Positions 17,650 to 27,488 are shown, numbered from the stretch's first letter. The stretch: 64,000 bases of DNA from an uncultured Dehalococcoidia bacterium (GCA_964574685.1 CAZNOI010000005.1:69875-133874); one strand, 5' to 3'. The notes: generated by a model not told the origin, from the sequence alone. Numbers and translations: made by a program.

Positions 17650-18480
17650 TTAGAACCGTCTTTCGGTGCCCTTGAAGAACACGCCGAGGTGTGCTCTCTC
17701 CAGGACCGGGTCTTCTGCCAGGCGGAGGGCCAGGGTTATATCTCTGGGATTGTGGACCCAGGGCTGCTCAGTCGACGAGTCCGGCAACGAAACAGGTTCT
17801 CCCTCGACCAGGTAGCTGGCGTTCTGCCTTATGGAATCGAGAAGCTCGGCGGTGTGGAACGTGGGACACGGCGTGAGAACGCTGATGAACGAGAAGCCTC
17901 TGTGGGAGATGGCCTCATTCAGCAGCCCTTCGAGGTGCGCTACATCTATCGAAAGCCCCTGGGCGATGAAGCTGGACTGGGTCGATGCGCTGTAGCTTAT
18001 CATATCCAGCATCGGGTCTACGGGCGGGTAGAAGTGCTCGTTGGGAAGAAGTTCCTTCTGTGTCTCGACATGTGGGGTCGTGGGACTCGTTTGGCCCTTC
18101 GTCATCGAGTACACGAAGTTGTTGACCATTACGCACGTGATATCCAGGTTCCGCCTGACCGCGTGCGGGAAATGGCCGGTGCCGATGCTGAAGAAGTCTC
18201 CGTCTCCGCCGATGACGACCACAGTCAGCTCAGGCCTTGCCAGCTTGGCCCCCTGCGCGACCACCACCGCGCGGCCGTGCAGAGTGTTGAATCCGTAGGT
18301 GTCTATGTAGGCGGGAATCCTCGATGAGCAACCGATGCCGGACACGATCAGTACCTTGTCCCTGGCAATGCCGAGACCCGGCAGCACCCGGCGTGTAAGC
18401 GCGTTGAGGAGGCCGAAGTTCCCGCAACCGGGGCACCAGATTGGTTTGACCTCAGTTCTGTATTCGTCTGTGCTTATCAT
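17650..18480 (-). CDS. 2-oxoacid:ferredoxin oxidoreductase, beta (TPP-binding) subunit
   Basis: 276 aa. The N-terminus PIWCPGCGNFG is the OFOR beta signature. It overlaps the alpha gene by 4 nt (ATGA). Confidence 0.85.
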   Translation of the reverse strand: MISTDEYRTEVKPIWCPGCGNFGLLNALTRRVLPGLGIARDKVLIVSGIGCSSRIPAYIDTYGFNTLHGRAVVVAQGAKLARPELTVVVIGGDGDFFSIGTGHFPHAVRRNLDITCVMVNNFVYSMTKGQTSPTTPHVETQKELLPNEHFYPPVDPMLDMISYSASTQSSFIAQGLSIDVAHLEGLLNEAISHRGFSFISVLTPCPTFHTAELLDSIRQNASYLVEGEPVSLPDSSTEQPWVHNPRDITLALRLAEDPVLERAHLGVFFKGTERRF

Positions 18481-20195
18481 CCCGCCAACTCCGATATGGG
18501 GTCGCTCAACTCCCGTATGCTGAAGGGTCGACCACCCACCCTGGCGAAGGACCGGGTGTCAGCAGGCAGGCCGATCTGGGAACGCAGCAGGTGGTAGTAT
18601 TGCCCCGTATGGTTCATCTCGATGATCAGTAGCTTCTCTGTCGACGCGACGAAGTCCCGGATTGCCTCGGGTATCGGATGGATGAGTTCCGGAACCGCGA
18701 TCCTGACCTCATCGAGCAGGTTGAGGCTTCGTGCCGTCTCCAGGACCACCTGCGCGCTGGAGCCCCACGTTAGAATGCCCTTCCGCGATTGCGAATTGCC
18801 CAGGACCGTCACGAGGGCCTTGTCTCGAACTAGAGAGGCCAGCTTGTCCCTCCTCTTGTCGTGCATGGTCTGGTTGGTCTGCAGATCGAAGGCCGGTCGA
18901 CCCCTCTCATCGTGCGACAGCCCGGATGTGCGGTACGCGAAACCCTCGTCTCCGGCGTCGGACATCGGCGAGATGCCGTCATCCGTCAGCTTGTATCTCC
19001 TGTAATCAGCAGCGTCATCGGGGTCGGGTTTCTTCCTGGTCCATATATCAGGTTCACTTTCAAGGAAATCTACTCCGGTGGCCACGAGGGTCTGCGCCAG
19101 CCACTGGTCCGAGAGCATGATCACCACAGTCTGATAGCGTTGCGCGATGTTGATGCTCGCTGCTGTGAGCCGATAACAGCCGTCGACATCATGGGGCGCG
19201 AGCACCACCCTCACGGAATCTCCGTGGCCGCCGTAGACCGCGTGATTGAGGTCCGACTGCTCGGTGCCGGACGGAATGCCGGTTGACGGGCCGCCGCGCT
19301 GGACATCTACAATGACCATCGGTGTCTCGGAGATGGTTGCCAGCCCCATCATCTCGGTCATCAGGTCCAGCCCCGGCCCGCTGGTGGCTGTGAAGGCCCT
19401 CGCTCCGGCCATCGAGGCGCCAATCGTCATTCCTGCGGCCGCTATTTCGTCCTCGGCCTGGACGAACACGCCTTCACCTTCCAGCAGGTCTCGGTATATC
19501 TCCTTCATGATCTCCGACGCCGGGGTGATCGGGTAGCCGAAAAATGCGTTGCCTCCGACTTTGACGGCCGCCTGTGCGACGGCAGCGTTGCCGTGCAGTA
19601 TCGGCCTGGGGCTTCGCTCGGCAGGCGGCGCCAGAGACAGGTCAGGCACGACAAACTGGGACAGGAGGTGCTCACCGGCTTCGATGGCCGGCAGGCTGTG
19701 CTTGAGCAGTACCAGCTCCTCGTCCTCGTCTATCGCCTTGCTGATTTCCTCGTCCGAGAGTCCCAGCAGCTTCACGAGGAACCCCAGAGCCACGAGGTTC
19801 TTGTCCCGAGTGGTCCCGGTGACACCCCGGCTGGCGTTCGTGAAGTCGACCCGAAGTGCATTACGAGGCAGCTCACCGGGCGGCTCCGACTGGCTGTCGT
19901 GGAGCACGAGGGTGTCGGGGCCAATCAACAGATCGTCCTTGACATCGACGTACGTCTCCCAGTTGAAGCAGACGAGGATGTCCACCCAGTCTCTGGGGAA
20001 CGCCGCGGACTCCGCATCGAGGCTCAGTTTCACCGCTGAGCCTCCACCACGTATCTGAGCCCCGTAGTAGCGGGGCATCTGGCCCGAGTAGCCCTGCAGC
20101 GCCGCCAGCTTCTGCAGGAAGCTGCCCATCACGACGACCCCATCGCCGCCGGCCCCGGATAACCCTATCGTGATATTCGTTCTCATAGTCGACAC
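18477..20195 (-). CDS. 2-oxoacid:ferredoxin oxidoreductase, fused gamma-alpha subunit
   Basis: 572 aa. The N-terminal gamma-like domain is ITIGLSGAGGDGVV. The alpha domain carries the GYPITPASEI motif. Confidence 0.85.
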   Translation of the reverse strand: MSTMRTNITIGLSGAGGDGVVVMGSFLQKLAALQGYSGQMPRYYGAQIRGGGSAVKLSLDAESAAFPRDWVDILVCFNWETYVDVKDDLLIGPDTLVLHDSQSEPPGELPRNALRVDFTNASRGVTGTTRDKNLVALGFLVKLLGLSDEEISKAIDEDEELVLLKHSLPAIEAGEHLLSQFVVPDLSLAPPAERSPRPILHGNAAVAQAAVKVGGNAFFGYPITPASEIMKEIYRDLLEGEGVFVQAEDEIAAAGMTIGASMAGARAFTATSGPGLDLMTEMMGLATISETPMVIVDVQRGGPSTGIPSGTEQSDLNHAVYGGHGDSVRVVLAPHDVDGCYRLTAASINIAQRYQTVVIMLSDQWLAQTLVATGVDFLESEPDIWTRKKPDPDDAADYRRYKLTDDGISPMSDAGDEGFAYRTSGLSHDERGRPAFDLQTNQTMHDKRRDKLASLVRDKALVTVLGNSQSRKGILTWGSSAQVVLETARSLNLLDEVRIAVPELIHPIPEAIRDFVASTEKLLIIEMNHTGQYYHLLRSQIGLPADTRSFARVGGRPFSIRELSDPISELAG

Positions 20196-22175
20196 TTACT
20201 GGTAAGCTGCGAGCTGTTTGGCCCAGTATACCTTGTCCTGGCTCTTCTGCAGGTTTTCCCTCGGGAAGTCTATGTTCTCCACGAAGTACTGATTGAAGTC
20301 CACGCGGGATGACAGCTCTATGTGCTCGATGAAGCCGGAGAGTTCGTTCGCGGTCCGCCAGTACTCCTTGGCCAGCAGCACCATGGACGCGCCCGTGCTT
20401 GCCGCGTTTCCGATCGAAGTTATGATCTCCGGATCGATCCCGCCGGGGATGAGACCGATGCGCACGGCGCTGTACGGGTTGACATAGTTGCCGAGAGCGC
20501 CCGCGAGGTACACGCGTCTTATGTCATGGGGTGTTATGCCCATTTCGTCAATCAGCGTCATGATTCCAGCGGCTATGGCGCCCTTCGCAAGCTGAAGCTC
20601 TCTGATATCCTTCTGCGTGAGTAACACGGGTCGCTGGTCGTAGGACTCATCGGGACTCGCGACCATGAAGTCATAGACCTGGTCATTGGGAATCAACCGT
20701 GGCTTGAGCCACGCGCCCTCCGTGCCTTCCGACGGGCGGAGGGTGCCTTCATAGTCGATCACGCCCAACTGCAGCAAGACCGCGATCATCTCGACAAGGC
20801 CGCTGCCGCATATTCCCTTCGGCCTGATGTTGCCGATGACGTGATAGAGCAGGGAGTTGTCCTCGAAGCTGACCGCCTCGATTGCACCGGCCCTGGCTAT
20901 CATACCGTGCGATATCCTTGCCCCCTCGAGAGCAGGCCCCGCAGCGGCCGAGCAGGTCATCAGTCTCCTTCGGTTGCCCAGGAAGACTTCTCCATTCGTG
21001 CCCAGGTCCAGCCCGAGTATGACTTCATCGTCCTGCTCCCAGACACCGGAGGCGAGTATCACACTTATCAGGTCTCCCCCTATGTAGCCGGCTTTCGTGG
21101 GCATCACGTACAGAAGACCTTCCGGATGGAGTTGCAGGTCGACGTCGGAGGCCTTCACGATCAGGCCGTCCGTAAGGACGGGCGAAAAGGGTGCCTCGGC
21201 GATGCCACTGGGGTCGAGACCCAGGAGAAGGTGCTGCATGGTCGTGTTGCCGGCGGCAACAGCTATGAAGATGTCGTCCGGCTTCAGTCCTGCGGCCCTG
21301 AGCAGGCGAGAGGTTATCTTGTTCAGGTCATTGGCAATCAGTCTGTGCATGGTGTCGAGGCCGTCTTCACGTTCCATAATGTACTGGAGGCGGCTGATCA
21401 AATTCGTGCCGTATTTGATCTGGCTGTTGAGGCCGGAGACCACGGCCTCCTCGCTTCCGTTGGAGAGATTGATGAGCTTGCCCACCACCGTGCTCGTGCC
21501 CAGGTCGAAGACGAGACCGTAGTAGCGGTCGACCTCTTCCCAGTTTTGCCAGTCCATCAGGAGGTCGCCGTGCAACACAGCGGCGCCACGGTACTGAGTC
21601 TGCCGAAGCTTCTCAGGCAGTGTGCGCAGGCTGTGGATCGAGGCCTTCAGGTCCCGATACTCGGGCACTAGGACGAGCTTGATCTTGTCGAGTTCCGATA
21701 TGCTCTCGTGTTGCAGGTAAGGCGGCAGCGTAATCAGTCTCTTCTGGACCAGTGGATCGGGATGCAGTATAGGCTGTACGCCGGTCTTGAGAATCTGGAA
21801 GTACTCTCCCTGGAAGCCGTTTTCGGCGGTGTTAATGACCAAATCCTTGTCAACCTTTGTCCGGCATGCCAGGCGGATTCCCCGCTCGAGTTCTTCGTCG
21901 TCGAGGAACTGCACTTCCTCTTCGGTCGGAGGACCTATCGAGGAAAGCACCTTTATCTTGCACTTGCCGCATTTGCCGATGCCTCCGCAGTCACCATTGA
22001 GGTCGACTTCGGTATCGTGGAGCGCTTCATAGACGGTCTCGCCCCTCCGCACCTTCAGCCAGAGGTCATCCGGCAGTACGTTCAGCCAGACATACTTCGT
22101 CCGCTGTTTGTCCGAGGCGGACGAAGCCACCGAGGGCTTTCTTCTGGCCAGCTTCTGGTTCTGCGCTCTTGTCAT
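20196..22175 (-). CDS. RACo-type reductive activator of corrinoid proteins ([2Fe-2S] ferredoxin fused to an ASKHA ATPase, DUF4445)
   Basis: 659 aa. The plant-type 2Fe-2S motif is CGGIGKCGKCKIKV...ACRT. A large ASKHA-like C-terminal domain follows. It sits immediately adjacent to the OFOR alpha gene. Confidence 0.8.
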   Translation of the reverse strand: MTRAQNQKLARRKPSVASSASDKQRTKYVWLNVLPDDLWLKVRRGETVYEALHDTEVDLNGDCGGIGKCGKCKIKVLSSIGPPTEEEVQFLDDEELERGIRLACRTKVDKDLVINTAENGFQGEYFQILKTGVQPILHPDPLVQKRLITLPPYLQHESISELDKIKLVLVPEYRDLKASIHSLRTLPEKLRQTQYRGAAVLHGDLLMDWQNWEEVDRYYGLVFDLGTSTVVGKLINLSNGSEEAVVSGLNSQIKYGTNLISRLQYIMEREDGLDTMHRLIANDLNKITSRLLRAAGLKPDDIFIAVAAGNTTMQHLLLGLDPSGIAEAPFSPVLTDGLIVKASDVDLQLHPEGLLYVMPTKAGYIGGDLISVILASGVWEQDDEVILGLDLGTNGEVFLGNRRRLMTCSAAAGPALEGARISHGMIARAGAIEAVSFEDNSLLYHVIGNIRPKGICGSGLVEMIAVLLQLGVIDYEGTLRPSEGTEGAWLKPRLIPNDQVYDFMVASPDESYDQRPVLLTQKDIRELQLAKGAIAAGIMTLIDEMGITPHDIRRVYLAGALGNYVNPYSAVRIGLIPGGIDPEIITSIGNAASTGASMVLLAKEYWRTANELSGFIEHIELSSRVDFNQYFVENIDFPRENLQKSQDKVYWAKQLAAYQ

Positions 22176-22786
22176 CTCTTGCCTATGAGTTCCATGAGTT
22201 CGGTTTCGAGGTGCGAGTAGTCGGCATCCCTGATCTCCAGGGAAAGGCCGAGGAAATCCGCCAGCCGTTGTGCCTGGGCCACGAGGTCGGGATCGTCGGG
22301 TTGCCTTACGTACAGAAGCTTCTGATAGTGCTCGAAGCAGTATTTGCGCATCTCCTCATCGTGCAGTTCCAGCGGCTTCGCGCAATACGACTCGAAATTG
22401 CGGATCAGGTCCTGTTCGAGGAAGTAGGTGCCCGCCGTCTCGTCAATCAGCTTCTTGAACTCGCCGCTGCCGAGGAGCATCTCGTAACAGTGAAACCCTG
22501 ATATTTTCTTCACGTCTTGCTTGTCGCAGAACTCCGAGATATCGGGAAAACACTCGCCGTAGAGGCAGACAACCCGTTCGCCGCGCTTCTTGGCAGCCGC
22601 GACTTCCTTGGACAGGAACCGCTTGAGCTTCAACGGTTTCACATGGAGGTTGGAGGGAAGATAGGTTGTGCGTAAGTTGGCCCGGGGGTTTCTGACCAGC
22701 AGGTAGTCCAGAGCGGGCCTGAATACAGAGCAGGCAATGATACGGGTGACCCGTTCCTGGTCGTTACCCCTTGTCCTGCTAGACAT
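22172..22786 (-). CDS. DUF1638 domain protein (commonly adjacent to MttB-family genes)
   Basis: 204 aa. It overlaps the RACo start by 4 nt. The Cys-containing segment is VVCLYGECFPDISEFCD. DUF1638 is a recalled family assignment, not a computed one. Confidence 0.6.
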   Translation of the reverse strand: MSSRTRGNDQERVTRIIACSVFRPALDYLLVRNPRANLRTTYLPSNLHVKPLKLKRFLSKEVAAAKKRGERVVCLYGECFPDISEFCDKQDVKKISGFHCYEMLLGSGEFKKLIDETAGTYFLEQDLIRNFESYCAKPLELHDEEMRKYCFEHYQKLLYVRQPDDPDLVAQAQRLADFLGLSLEIRDADYSHLETELMELIGKR

Positions 22787-24272
22787 TTCGTAGTCCCGGG
22801 AACGCCTGCTTGATTCTCCTGACGACTTCGGGGTCGATGCGCCCGTCTCTGCCGTCCAGCAGGGTCTGTTTTACGAACTGGTGAGCCCTGCTGAGCATGT
22901 CGGGCCGTCCTCTTTCCTCCCATACGTCGAAGTTGCACCGTACACTTAGTGAGGGGTAGAAGAATTCGTCGAACATGTGATCGATAGTGTGATCATGCGC
23001 CACGAAGTTGCCGCCCGGTCCCGCTTCCTCAATTACATCATACGCCAGGCTCTCCTCGTTGACCAGGATGCCCCGGAGTTCCCTCTTGACCATTCCAATC
23101 ATCTCATCGTCGATAACGAATTGCTCGTAGGATATGGAGTTGCCCGAATCCATAAGGCCGGCAGCCAGGTGAACGAGGTCAGCGCCGGCGGTCGCGACGG
23201 TCATGTTGGAGAACAGCTTCTCGAAACCTGCCTGTATGTCGGGACGCTTCGCCTCCGTCAGCCCGCCGGAAGCATAGATGGGCAGGTTGTAGAGCTTGGA
23301 GAGGCGAACGGCAGCGGCATTCATCATCGCCATCTCGACCGAGCCCATGGTGTACTCCATGGTTCTGAGGTCCATGGTCGCCGGGACAGCCCCGTAGAGC
23401 ACCTTCGCGCCGGGCGCTATGACCTGTGCTATCGCGACGCCGGCGAGGGCCTCGGCGTGCATTTGCGCGAGCGTTCCAGCGAGTGTTGCCGGCGCTGTCG
23501 CACCCGATATGGGGGCCGGAGCACAAGTAAGGGGTATGCCTCGATTGCCGAAGAAGTCGATAATCGCCAGGGCGTTGCCGTTCACGGTGAGCGGGCTGAC
23601 CACGTTGCTGATGATGGAAACAAAGGGCTTCTCGGCCAGTTCGTCCTCTCCACCCGCAACGATCTTGGCAATCTCCCAGACCAGACGGGCACCTTCGACG
23701 TCTTCACAGCCGCCCATTACATGCTTCGTGGTGTGCTGGAGCGCGCGGAAGAAGTCGTTGAGATGATAAGTGTCTACCTCCAGGTCGTGGGCCTGGCAGG
23801 CAATGATGTACATATCGAGGTTATCGAGATGGTCCACCAGTATGGCCGTGTTTGCAACATCCCTGAGCATCGTGCGCCGATATCCGCCTGTGCTCATGTC
23901 CAGGATGCGGAATACCCGGCCCCCGTTTGCGAAATGCACTATGCCTTCACCCAGGCGCACGTCATTCCTGCCGTCGCGGGAATGCAGGACGAACGTTGAG
24001 GGCGCACGGGACAGCATCTCATCCAGCCATTCCTGTGGGAAGCGGACCCTGTTGTTCGCCCGGTCCACGCGTGCGCCTGCGTCGGCAAGCCTGTCCACGT
24101 AGTGCTCGTCCGCAATCCTGACACCAACGTTCTGGAGAAGTCGGCGAGCCGTCTCGTCTATTCTCCGGAGGCCATCGGGCGCAAGAGGCTGATAGAGAGG
24201 GCAAGTGCCGTTCTCGTGCACTTCTCTAGCGGGCAGTGTCGAGGATTCCTTCAATTCCCTTGAGTACTTCAT
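22779..24272 (-). CDS. MttB-superfamily methyltransferase, non-pyrrolysine type (quaternary amine:corrinoid methyltransferase candidate), paralog 1
   Basis: 497 aa and uninterrupted, with no in-frame TAG. It matches the TIM-barrel MttB family (MtgB/MtcB/MtpB-like). Confidence 0.85.
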   Translation of the reverse strand: MKYSRELKESSTLPAREVHENGTCPLYQPLAPDGLRRIDETARRLLQNVGVRIADEHYVDRLADAGARVDRANNRVRFPQEWLDEMLSRAPSTFVLHSRDGRNDVRLGEGIVHFANGGRVFRILDMSTGGYRRTMLRDVANTAILVDHLDNLDMYIIACQAHDLEVDTYHLNDFFRALQHTTKHVMGGCEDVEGARLVWEIAKIVAGGEDELAEKPFVSIISNVVSPLTVNGNALAIIDFFGNRGIPLTCAPAPISGATAPATLAGTLAQMHAEALAGVAIAQVIAPGAKVLYGAVPATMDLRTMEYTMGSVEMAMMNAAAVRLSKLYNLPIYASGGLTEAKRPDIQAGFEKLFSNMTVATAGADLVHLAAGLMDSGNSISYEQFVIDDEMIGMVKRELRGILVNEESLAYDVIEEAGPGGNFVAHDHTIDHMFDEFFYPSLSVRCNFDVWEERGRPDMLSRAHQFVKQTLLDGRDGRIDPEVVRRIKQAFPGLRNV

Positions 24273-25677
24273 TTGACTTGGGTTCTACCTCGTGTTCCGC
24301 CAGGATCCTTCTGGCCTCGGCATTGCACCGCCTGTAGAGGTCCGGTGCGCCTGCCGCTTCCCAGGCATCGTGACGGGAGCGGTCTAGCAGAGTAGGGAGG
24401 AACTGCGCCTCCATGAAATGCTCGAATGTGTGGTCATCCATCAGGAAGATCGAGCCGGGTCCACCGCCTGACACCCTTCGAATGGCGTCGAGCGCCAGCG
24501 TGTCCTCAGTAACCGGGATTCCTCCCAGGAAGAAGCGGCTCATGGCCACGAGCTCGTTGTTCATGGTCACCATCTCCAGAGAGGAAGTGTTTCCGAACTC
24601 GAGATACCCGCCATCATGGACCAGATTGCAGCGGGACAGCATGGCCGTGATGATGGAGAACATGGCCTCGGCCCCGGCCTGCGCGTCCATGGTCTTGGAG
24701 TCGGTTGCACCGGCATATGCCCATACCGGGAGGCCGTACAGCTCGTCCCGCATGTCGGCCAGAGCCGACTGGGTCAGGCTCCATTCCGGGCACCCGTACG
24801 AGACTACAGTGGTCTTCATGTCGAGGACACTCACGTTCGGTCCGAACAGGAAGGGCGATCCCTTGCCGGCGAGTTGATGGAGGGTCAATCCCGCCAGGTT
24901 CTCGGCTATGCCGAGGGCCATCGCGCCGGCGAGGGTCACCGGCGCGCCTCCGCCGGCATTCGAGCCGGACGGCAGGCACATCGGTATGCCCTTCTCTGCG
25001 CAAAACAAGAGCCTCTCCATTACGTTCTGCGGGAAGCGGAGCGGGCTGATTGCCTCGGAGTAGTTGAGCAGAAAAGGCCTGTTCCTCAGTTCGTCTTCGC
25101 CGCCCGCGACGAGACTGGCTATCTGATGTATCTTGGCAAGGTCTCTGCCGCTGTCGGCAATGAAGACGAGCGGCTTGTTCGTGTTCTTGACCATCTCCGC
25201 GAATGCGTAGACGTAGATATCGTCTATAGGCGCGTCCTCGGGATTGCTCATAGACATGGCGAAGGAGATGTTGTCCAGGCCGTCGACCAGGCGGGCGAAG
25301 TTGGCCGTATCCTTTAGCAGCGTCCGGCGGCGCTTTCCGGTCTCCAGGTCGACTGTGAACGTTGTGTCGGAACCGGTGCCGTAGTAGGGCTTGCCATCGA
25401 CCAGCGACATGGCCTTGTTGCCCGTCTGGTCGTGGAGGCCGATCTCCCTGGGTGCCGAGCCAAGGGCCTGCTCTGCCATATAGGCCGGAAGTCGGACCCA
25501 GTCGCCATTGTAGACTCTGCCTCCGGCGCCCGAAAGCATCTCGAGACCTCGCGGATGCTCCATCTTGATCCCGGTCTTCTCCAGTATCTCGAGTGCCGCA
25601 GTATGGATCGCCAGCGCCTGCTCCCGGCTCAGCACCTTGAGCCTGGGTATGAAGGTAGGTATCTCTATTGGCTTCAA
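24226..25677 (-). CDS. MttB-superfamily methyltransferase, non-pyrrolysine type, paralog 2
   Basis: 483 aa. The N-terminus MKPIEIPTFIPRLKVLSREQALAIHTAALEILEKTGIKM is canonical for MttB. It overlaps paralog 1 by 47 nt. Confidence 0.85.
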   Translation of the reverse strand: MKPIEIPTFIPRLKVLSREQALAIHTAALEILEKTGIKMEHPRGLEMLSGAGGRVYNGDWVRLPAYMAEQALGSAPREIGLHDQTGNKAMSLVDGKPYYGTGSDTTFTVDLETGKRRRTLLKDTANFARLVDGLDNISFAMSMSNPEDAPIDDIYVYAFAEMVKNTNKPLVFIADSGRDLAKIHQIASLVAGGEDELRNRPFLLNYSEAISPLRFPQNVMERLLFCAEKGIPMCLPSGSNAGGGAPVTLAGAMALGIAENLAGLTLHQLAGKGSPFLFGPNVSVLDMKTTVVSYGCPEWSLTQSALADMRDELYGLPVWAYAGATDSKTMDAQAGAEAMFSIITAMLSRCNLVHDGGYLEFGNTSSLEMVTMNNELVAMSRFFLGGIPVTEDTLALDAIRRVSGGGPGSIFLMDDHTFEHFMEAQFLPTLLDRSRHDAWEAAGAPDLYRRCNAEARRILAEHEVEPKSNEVLKGIEGILDTAR

Positions 25678-25705
25678 TGTTCACCCCTTTCCATGGGGCA
25701 CCGAA

Positions 25706-26344
25706 TCACGATACGCCCAACAGCTCTTTCGCTTTGGCTACGGCTCCACCAGCGTCCGAAGCATATGCGTCAGCCTTTATCTGGCGCGCATAGTCATCGG
25801 TGACAGGCGCTCCGCCAATCATCACCTTCACCTTGCTTCTGACGCCCGCGTCGGTCAGGGCCTGTAACGTCTCGGGCATCGCCGGCATGGTTGTTGACAG
25901 GAGAGCGGACATTGCTACAATGTGTGGCTCGATCTCCTGCACCTTCTGCGCGAACTTCTCCGGCGGGACGTCGACGCCCAGGTCGGTAATCGTGAAACCC
26001 GCACCCTCCAGCATCATTGAGACAAGGTTCTTGCCGATGTCGTGCAGGTCGCCCTTGACAGTGCCTATGAGCACCTTGCCCTTGGTGGTGATTCCTCTTT
26101 CCTTGAACAACGGCTCCATGAGCCTCATGCATTCCTGCATTGTCTTGGCGGAACGAAGCATCTGGGGTACGAATATCACCCCCTTCGAGAACCTCTCGCC
26201 CACTTCATCCATAGCTGCGATGAGGCTGGTGTCTATTATCTCCTGTATCGGCGTTCCGTCATCGAGCGCCTTCTGGGTCTCTGCAACAGCGGTCTTGCTG
26301 TCGCCTTTGATCACTGATTCGGTAAGTGTCGCAAGATTGGCCAT
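25706..26344 (-). CDS. corrinoid (cobalamin-binding) protein of a methyltransferase system (MtbC/MttC/MtgC-like)
   Basis: 212 aa. The B12-binding DxHxxG motif is GDLHDIGKN. There is a helical cap domain and a Rossmann B12 domain. Confidence 0.85.
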   Translation of the reverse strand: MANLATLTESVIKGDSKTAVAETQKALDDGTPIQEIIDTSLIAAMDEVGERFSKGVIFVPQMLRSAKTMQECMRLMEPLFKERGITTKGKVLIGTVKGDLHDIGKNLVSMMLEGAGFTITDLGVDVPPEKFAQKVQEIEPHIVAMSALLSTTMPAMPETLQALTDAGVRSKVKVMIGGAPVTDDYARQIKADAYASDAGGAVAKAKELLGVS

Positions 26345-26413
26345 TTCGGACTCCTTCTCTCTTTCCGCGACGTCGAGCTGCTCCGGGTTGGCTCAAGACG
26401 CCCCGGATGCATT

Positions 26414-27211
26414 CTAACCTGACAGTCTGCCCTCCTGGTATGCATCAATGTAGTTTTCACAGAAGTCATCTCTGCCCAGGAGCATATCGATGGACAGCAT
26501 GGTTGACATGAGTTGTCTGTCGTTCGGGTCCAGGATCGCGGCCGATAGACCGTGGCACATCGCCAGGGCAAGGAAGTTGCGATTGACAAGGCGCCTCTCG
26601 GGCAGGCCGAAGGAGATGTTGGAGAGGCCGCAGATGGTATTGACTCCGGGGAAATCATCCATGATCTTCCTTATCGCCCCGAGCACGGCTGCCCCCATGT
26701 TCGTGTCCACCGAGACGGGTTGGACCAGCGGGTCGACGAATATCCTCTCGATGGGGACACCCGCGCCGGTCAGTCGGCTTATGAGTTCCGTTCCCACGGT
26801 CACGCGGTCCTCGACAGTGGTGGGCATCGATGTCTCAGCCATACAGAGCGCCACAACATGGCAAGGTTGCGACGTTACGACAGGAAAGAGAGCCTCGAAC
26901 CGGTCGCGCTCCAGAGATATAGAGTTGATCATTGGGGTGCCCTTGTGCAGTTTCATGGCCTCCGCTATCGCCGCTGGGTTCGGGCTGTCGAGGCAGAGAG
27001 GCAAGTCGATCTCCTTCTGGACAGTCTCGACGAGCCAGCACAGCTTCGCTGTCTCCTGATCGAGGAATGTACCGGCGTTGACGTCTACGAAGTCGGCGCC
27101 CGCTTCGGCCTGCTCGCGGGCCACCTTCACGATGAAGCCTGCGTCCGCCTTGGTTGCAGCCTCGTGGATGCTCTTCCGGCTGGTGTTGATCTTCTCGCCT
27201 ACTACGATCAT
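26414..27211 (-). CDS. methylcorrinoid:tetrahydrofolate methyltransferase (pterin-binding domain; MtrH/AcsE/MtgA-like)
   Basis: 265 aa. It starts MIVVGEKINTS and continues FVDVNAG...CLDSPNP...INSISLE. This is the pterin-binding DHPS-like TIM barrel. Confidence 0.8.
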   Translation of the reverse strand: MIVVGEKINTSRKSIHEAATKADAGFIVKVAREQAEAGADFVDVNAGTFLDQETAKLCWLVETVQKEIDLPLCLDSPNPAAIAEAMKLHKGTPMINSISLERDRFEALFPVVTSQPCHVVALCMAETSMPTTVEDRVTVGTELISRLTGAGVPIERIFVDPLVQPVSVDTNMGAAVLGAIRKIMDDFPGVNTICGLSNISFGLPERRLVNRNFLALAMCHGLSAAILDPNDRQLMSTMLSIDMLLGRDDFCENYIDAYQEGRLSG

Positions 27212-27428
27212 TCTCAGAGCCTCTCCAATGTATCCTCACCAATTATGTCGAGGCCAATAGTAGAGCACTACCTGTACTCCGTCAATGCCTTTTGCTGCAA
27301 AGTATGCTTTACCGCGACTTACCTAACAACCCCGCGTATGTACTACGTTTTGCTGGTACTTTCATCCCAGCGGATCGCCGGTGTCGTAGCTGAGTACCCC
27401 AAGCTGTGCCGTGTCAGTCCATAGCTGC

Positions 27429-27434
27429 TATAAT
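27429..27434 (+). promoter_or_regulatory. TATAAT -10-like hexamer in an AT-rich divergent intergenic region upstream of hypF
   Basis: GCTGCTATAATGG lies 55 nt upstream of the hypF ATG. The region is locally AT-rich. No convincing -35 was found. Confidence 0.25.
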
Positions 27435-27488
27435 GGAAAGGTGGAATGCTGACAGCCTGACTGCTGCCCGAACTGCAGAGGGGTACCG

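Noticed and set aside
20841-21671. 276-aa plus-strand ORF
   Set aside because: Antisense to the RACo activase, whose Fe-S and ASKHA motifs clearly define the real frame.
22977-23999. 340-aa plus-strand ORF
   Set aside because: Antisense to MttB paralog 1.
24614-25684. 356-aa minus-strand ORF
   Set aside because: Out-of-frame overlap of MttB paralog 2. Arg/Gly/Pro-rich junk.
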